64,000 nt of DNA. Origin: Candidatus Latescibacterota bacterium (GTDB taxonomy: Bacteria; Latescibacterota; CBDEFO01). Below are positions 62,001-64,000 of the stretch, in pieces (the first letter of the stretch is position 1; each line of letters begins with the position of its first letter). The position numbers were made by a program, and so were the translations under genes. Location of the stretch: NCBI GenBank assembly GCA_965237525.1, contig CBDEFO010000008.1:1120001-1184000 (forward strand). Direction: 5' to 3'. The notes beneath the pieces are model-generated. The model had not been told where the DNA came from. It searched no databases and was given only the letters and a program-made list of their open reading frames with translations.

Positions 62001-62255
62001 GCCTTTGAACTTGGCAAAGATTGCCAGGACTTTCTTTTTGCCCTTGGGCTCGATGTATGCGACTTTGCCCAAACCCTCTATGCGAGATTTGGGATCTCCT
62101 GCACATGCAAACGATTCTCCGTAAACAGCAGTAGGTAGCAGGTAGAAGATAGTAGATAGATAAAAGAACAACAAGGAGTGGGCAGTAGGTAGTAGATAGG
62201 AAAAAGAGGCAAGGAAGAAGTTCTTCGGTACTAAAACTCTATTCTTCCTGTTCAT
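59046..62255 (-). CDS. Secreted M6 (immune inhibitor A-like) metalloprotease with beta-helix and dockerin/EF-hand tail
   Basis: AHEFAHVFGLPDL, EYFLVENRQ, IFIWHVD; right-handed beta-helix repeats; GDFDGD.QVGLSDF..DLDDNGEVGLSDF. Start MNRKN with AGGAG RBS. Confidence 0.88.
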   Translation of the reverse strand: MNRKNRVLVPKNFFLASFSYLLPTAHSLLFFYLSTIFYLLPTAVYGESFACAGDPKSRIEGLGKVAYIEPKGKKKVLAIFAKFKGEAPADSLAPSFANDIFDPNREGSFSHFYESMSSGALEAAGTVLRKRYESDFPAQEYVIAPERQLGKFDQFNLEILSKVDNDIDFGEFDNDGPDNIPNSGDDDGFVDFVTINLRSRPTGFFIGTATGIASLGFKNDFITNDTKSGGGFIKVPGIFTAMGGTTQRVRNFASTAGTIAHEFAHVFGLPDLFDQTFLSNPNLDLQDDGAGIGNWGMMGRGTLGWSGTDGPNPFSAWCKEQLGWIGRENDNLVVVQETMRNVVISDSEMGGKVYKIHISNEEYFLVENRQKSGGYYDRNIPGGGIFIWHVDMTADNDEERHKQVDLECADGLLKAGSEDPSSGADQLDRWSRDADFAEANDGNLGDATDPFDGIAFTSFDSESNPSSNAYGGFGQTISTGIVVENIRKSGNNMIVDFMIGSPAPGRISQDTTWSGTVNVPGDVIVDFGATLTIASGTQVGISKGDVRKSGVDPDRCELIIYGRLLLEGNPSNPINLASLSLFPSETDWYGIRLINDQKDINRAGVVIEGSEFGFVRQRLPEDATWSGTVIVPEDMTIPEGTTLTVSAGTTVRFADRDWAGRGADPLRCELIVEGSLIASGTSASGVLFTSMLSQIRDADQAWGGIKLVPGGVLDMSFTLLQFPAFALTGELKGAQAYLRDSIIRSTPGGGISLRISDGTLNLERTTIEQNGASGGINVSGTGSVVLKDCTIRNNVGVGLSTDNCSVQAEGCTFSGNGDIQSALGNINLQNRSGVEGSAGEDHIIDLRDCLIERNAKEGIDLSEWSGQVHISDSIIRNNREVGLSLSETSGEIVRSLFADPTGIELRDVASLDIEENTFTFNQIGIASISSSPRITYNTFREASTALRIEGGRIPERIRRNSFLGNNISVQNLTFREVNAEGNWWGTVILEEIAAQIQGSVDFEPFLASEPLLGDFDGDSQVGLSDFVLFLDAFATTASSTDWDPLFDLDDNGEVGLSDFVIFLENFGTA

Positions 62256-62542
62256 ATTGTTCGTTCTCCTTTGTCGCGTCAAACGCATTTACCAGGCTCG
62301 AACGGCTATTGCAGATAAATATAGGGCAAAGCCAAAGATCAGTCAAGCCTCAGGATTCGCTATCTTCCTATTACGGCTTCGCGGACTGAATTTGCTTTTT
62401 TGTTCTTTTGAAATCACAAAAAACATCATCACCGCAAGCGTGCATGTTGTATGTTGTCTATTTCTAAGTCGTCTGCTATAATGTGAGGAGGGGACAATTC
62501 TGTCACTTCTTGAGGGGTCACATCTGATCTGTCTTGTTTCTG

Positions 62543-64000
62543 TTAAAACTCGTTTGCCAGACTGAAATGCAACTTGCCTTCATCTATCTTATCCGTTTTC
62601 CCCAGACCGTAATCAATGCCTAATATTCCGACCCTGGAACGTATTCGTATTCCGGCTCCATATCCGATAGGTCGTTCATCTACAGTTTCTATCTTTCCCT
62701 TTGAATCTCTCTTCATATCGAGGTATGCGCCTGCATCCACGAAGGCGAAGGCCCTGGACTTTGGAGATAGTAAATAGCGATACTCCAAATTTGTCCAGAT
62801 AGCCCGAACACCCGTAAACTGTTCCTCCCTATAACCTCTTATTGTATTTGCACCTCCTAGACGGATCTTATCGCTCAGGGGAACCAAGCGTTCGTTGCTT
62901 TTTATCGCCCAGGCGTGCAGGCTGAGCGCGATTACGTGCCTTGATGAAGCACCCAGAAACTGGTTTAGATCGACTCTGAAGTTGGCAAGTGAGGTCTTGT
63001 CCTTGTCGGGAGTAAAATTAGTAGTGGTGAAATTCCGCCTCGTTCCAGCGCGAAAAGAGAGCCGATAAAGTCCGCCGCTTTTTGGATTGCTCCTGTCGTC
63101 TTGCGTATCGTAACCGAGCGCAAAAGCCCCAGTCCAGGTCCTGGTTCTTGCCATACCAAAGCCTCCAAGAGAATCAGGCACGACCTTTTCCCATCCTGCT
63201 GTAAGTTCTCCATAGAGGTCGTCTAAAATAGGAGTCTTAAAAGACATCTTCAAGACAGTCTGCACATATCCGGGCCTTTCAGTCTGTTTGAAATCCCCTG
63301 CGGATGTGAGGGAAATTCCGAAAATCCAGGGCTCCTGGTATTTTAAGCGCAAATCGGAGGATTTTGGATCGAGTCTTGCCCACTTTGCCTTTGCCACTCT
63401 TGCGGTGCCGACCAGATTGACAAATGACAGGTCGAAGTGCCCCGTCAGGTAGCCGTTCTGGAATACTGTCCTGGGGACGTAGCCTACAGCGCCATCTATG
63501 CGGCTGGTCTGTCCCTCCTCCACTACCACCGAAAGCACCATCTGTTCAGAGTCGTTGTCGTAGGATATTTCGGGGGGATAGACCCTCTCAAAGAAACCCA
63601 GTTTCTTAAGTCTTCTGTGGGATGCCTGTATCTGCCTTTGATCATATAGATCTCCCTCTTCAACTTTGAGTTCTCTCTGTATAACTTGCACCTGGGTTGT
63701 CTTATTTCCGAATATCTCTATTCGATCTATCCTGACTTCGGGACCTTCGTCGATTTGGACGGAAAAGTCTATCCACTCTTTATCCCTTAATGAGAAATCC
63801 CCTGTGCCGATCTGACAGAACGGCTTTCCATTTTGATCGTAGAAACTGAGGAGTCGCTCTATGCCAGCATTTAAGGCTTCAGTTGAAAGGAGATCGCCCT
63901 GATCTATCGCAAGTAGTTTTAGCGCTTGATCTTCGGACAGGCCCTTTGCGCCTTGTATGCTGATATTTCCAACTCTAAATTGAGATCCGACGCCATCTCC
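62543..64000 (-). CDS. BamA/TamA (Omp85) family outer-membrane protein, 5' end outside window
   Basis: Frame is open to 64000; POTRA repeats (FGNKTT..VIQREL..LGFFE), LGGANTIRGY, C-terminal F. Confidence 0.9.
   Translation of the reverse strand, partial: GDGVGSQFRVGNISIQGAKGLSEDQALKLLAIDQGDLLSTEALNAGIERLLSFYDQNGKPFCQIGTGDFSLRDKEWIDFSVQIDEGPEVRIDRIEIFGNKTTQVQVIQRELKVEEGDLYDQRQIQASHRRLKKLGFFERVYPPEISYDNDSEQMVLSVVVEEGQTSRIDGAVGYVPRTVFQNGYLTGHFDLSFVNLVGTARVAKAKWARLDPKSSDLRLKYQEPWIFGISLTSAGDFKQTERPGYVQTVLKMSFKTPILDDLYGELTAGWEKVVPDSLGGFGMARTRTWTGAFALGYDTQDDRSNPKSGGLYRLSFRAGTRRNFTTTNFTPDKDKTSLANFRVDLNQFLGASSRHVIALSLHAWAIKSNERLVPLSDKIRLGGANTIRGYREEQFTGVRAIWTNLEYRYLLSPKSRAFAFVDAGAYLDMKRDSKGKIETVDERPIGYGAGIRIRSRVGILGIDYGLGKTDKIDEGKLHFSLANEF

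Noticed and set aside
1..64000. CRISPR array, rRNA, tRNA
   Set aside because: Repeats are dispersed palindromes or heptamers without regular unique spacers; no cas genes, rRNA or tRNA cloverleaf seen.

Overview
Bacterial chromosomal segment from a diderm, probably anaerobic or microaerobic organism. PorV-family barrels, a FlgD-Ig/T9SS-like C-terminal domain, a dockerin/EF-hand-tailed M6 protease and a UBact locus suggest an FCB-group candidate lineage such as Latescibacterota; this is inference only. 1-9.6 kb (minus): a complete UBact-proteasome operon (arc-dop-ubact-prcB-prcA-pafA), with arc and prcB each interrupted by an IS with clear TIRs and target-site duplications. 10-21.7 kb: gltBD, an archaeal-style split MetE whose catalytic half is interrupted by a second copy of the IS1182-family element, and a yitJ-like HMT/MTHFR. 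22-41 kb: tungsten AOR (aorABC-like), an orphan Mo-hydroxylase large subunit, NERD-helicase, iscU, an orphan DNA methyltransferase, ptsI, map, a 2-oxoacid oxidoreductase, Mrp, a sigma factor and a MoaD-like protein with a 27-aa tail after its GG. 41-64 kb: envelope and secretion genes (3 PorV-like, lipoproteins, S2P, M6 protease, BamA/TamA), acuC, rtcB and pyrF. The window is rich in nested small repeats: a 3-copy MITE, REP palindromes and 7-bp tandem repeats. The 7-bp repeats form the hydrophobic signal peptides of at least four secreted proteins. No rRNA, tRNA or CRISPR array was seen.
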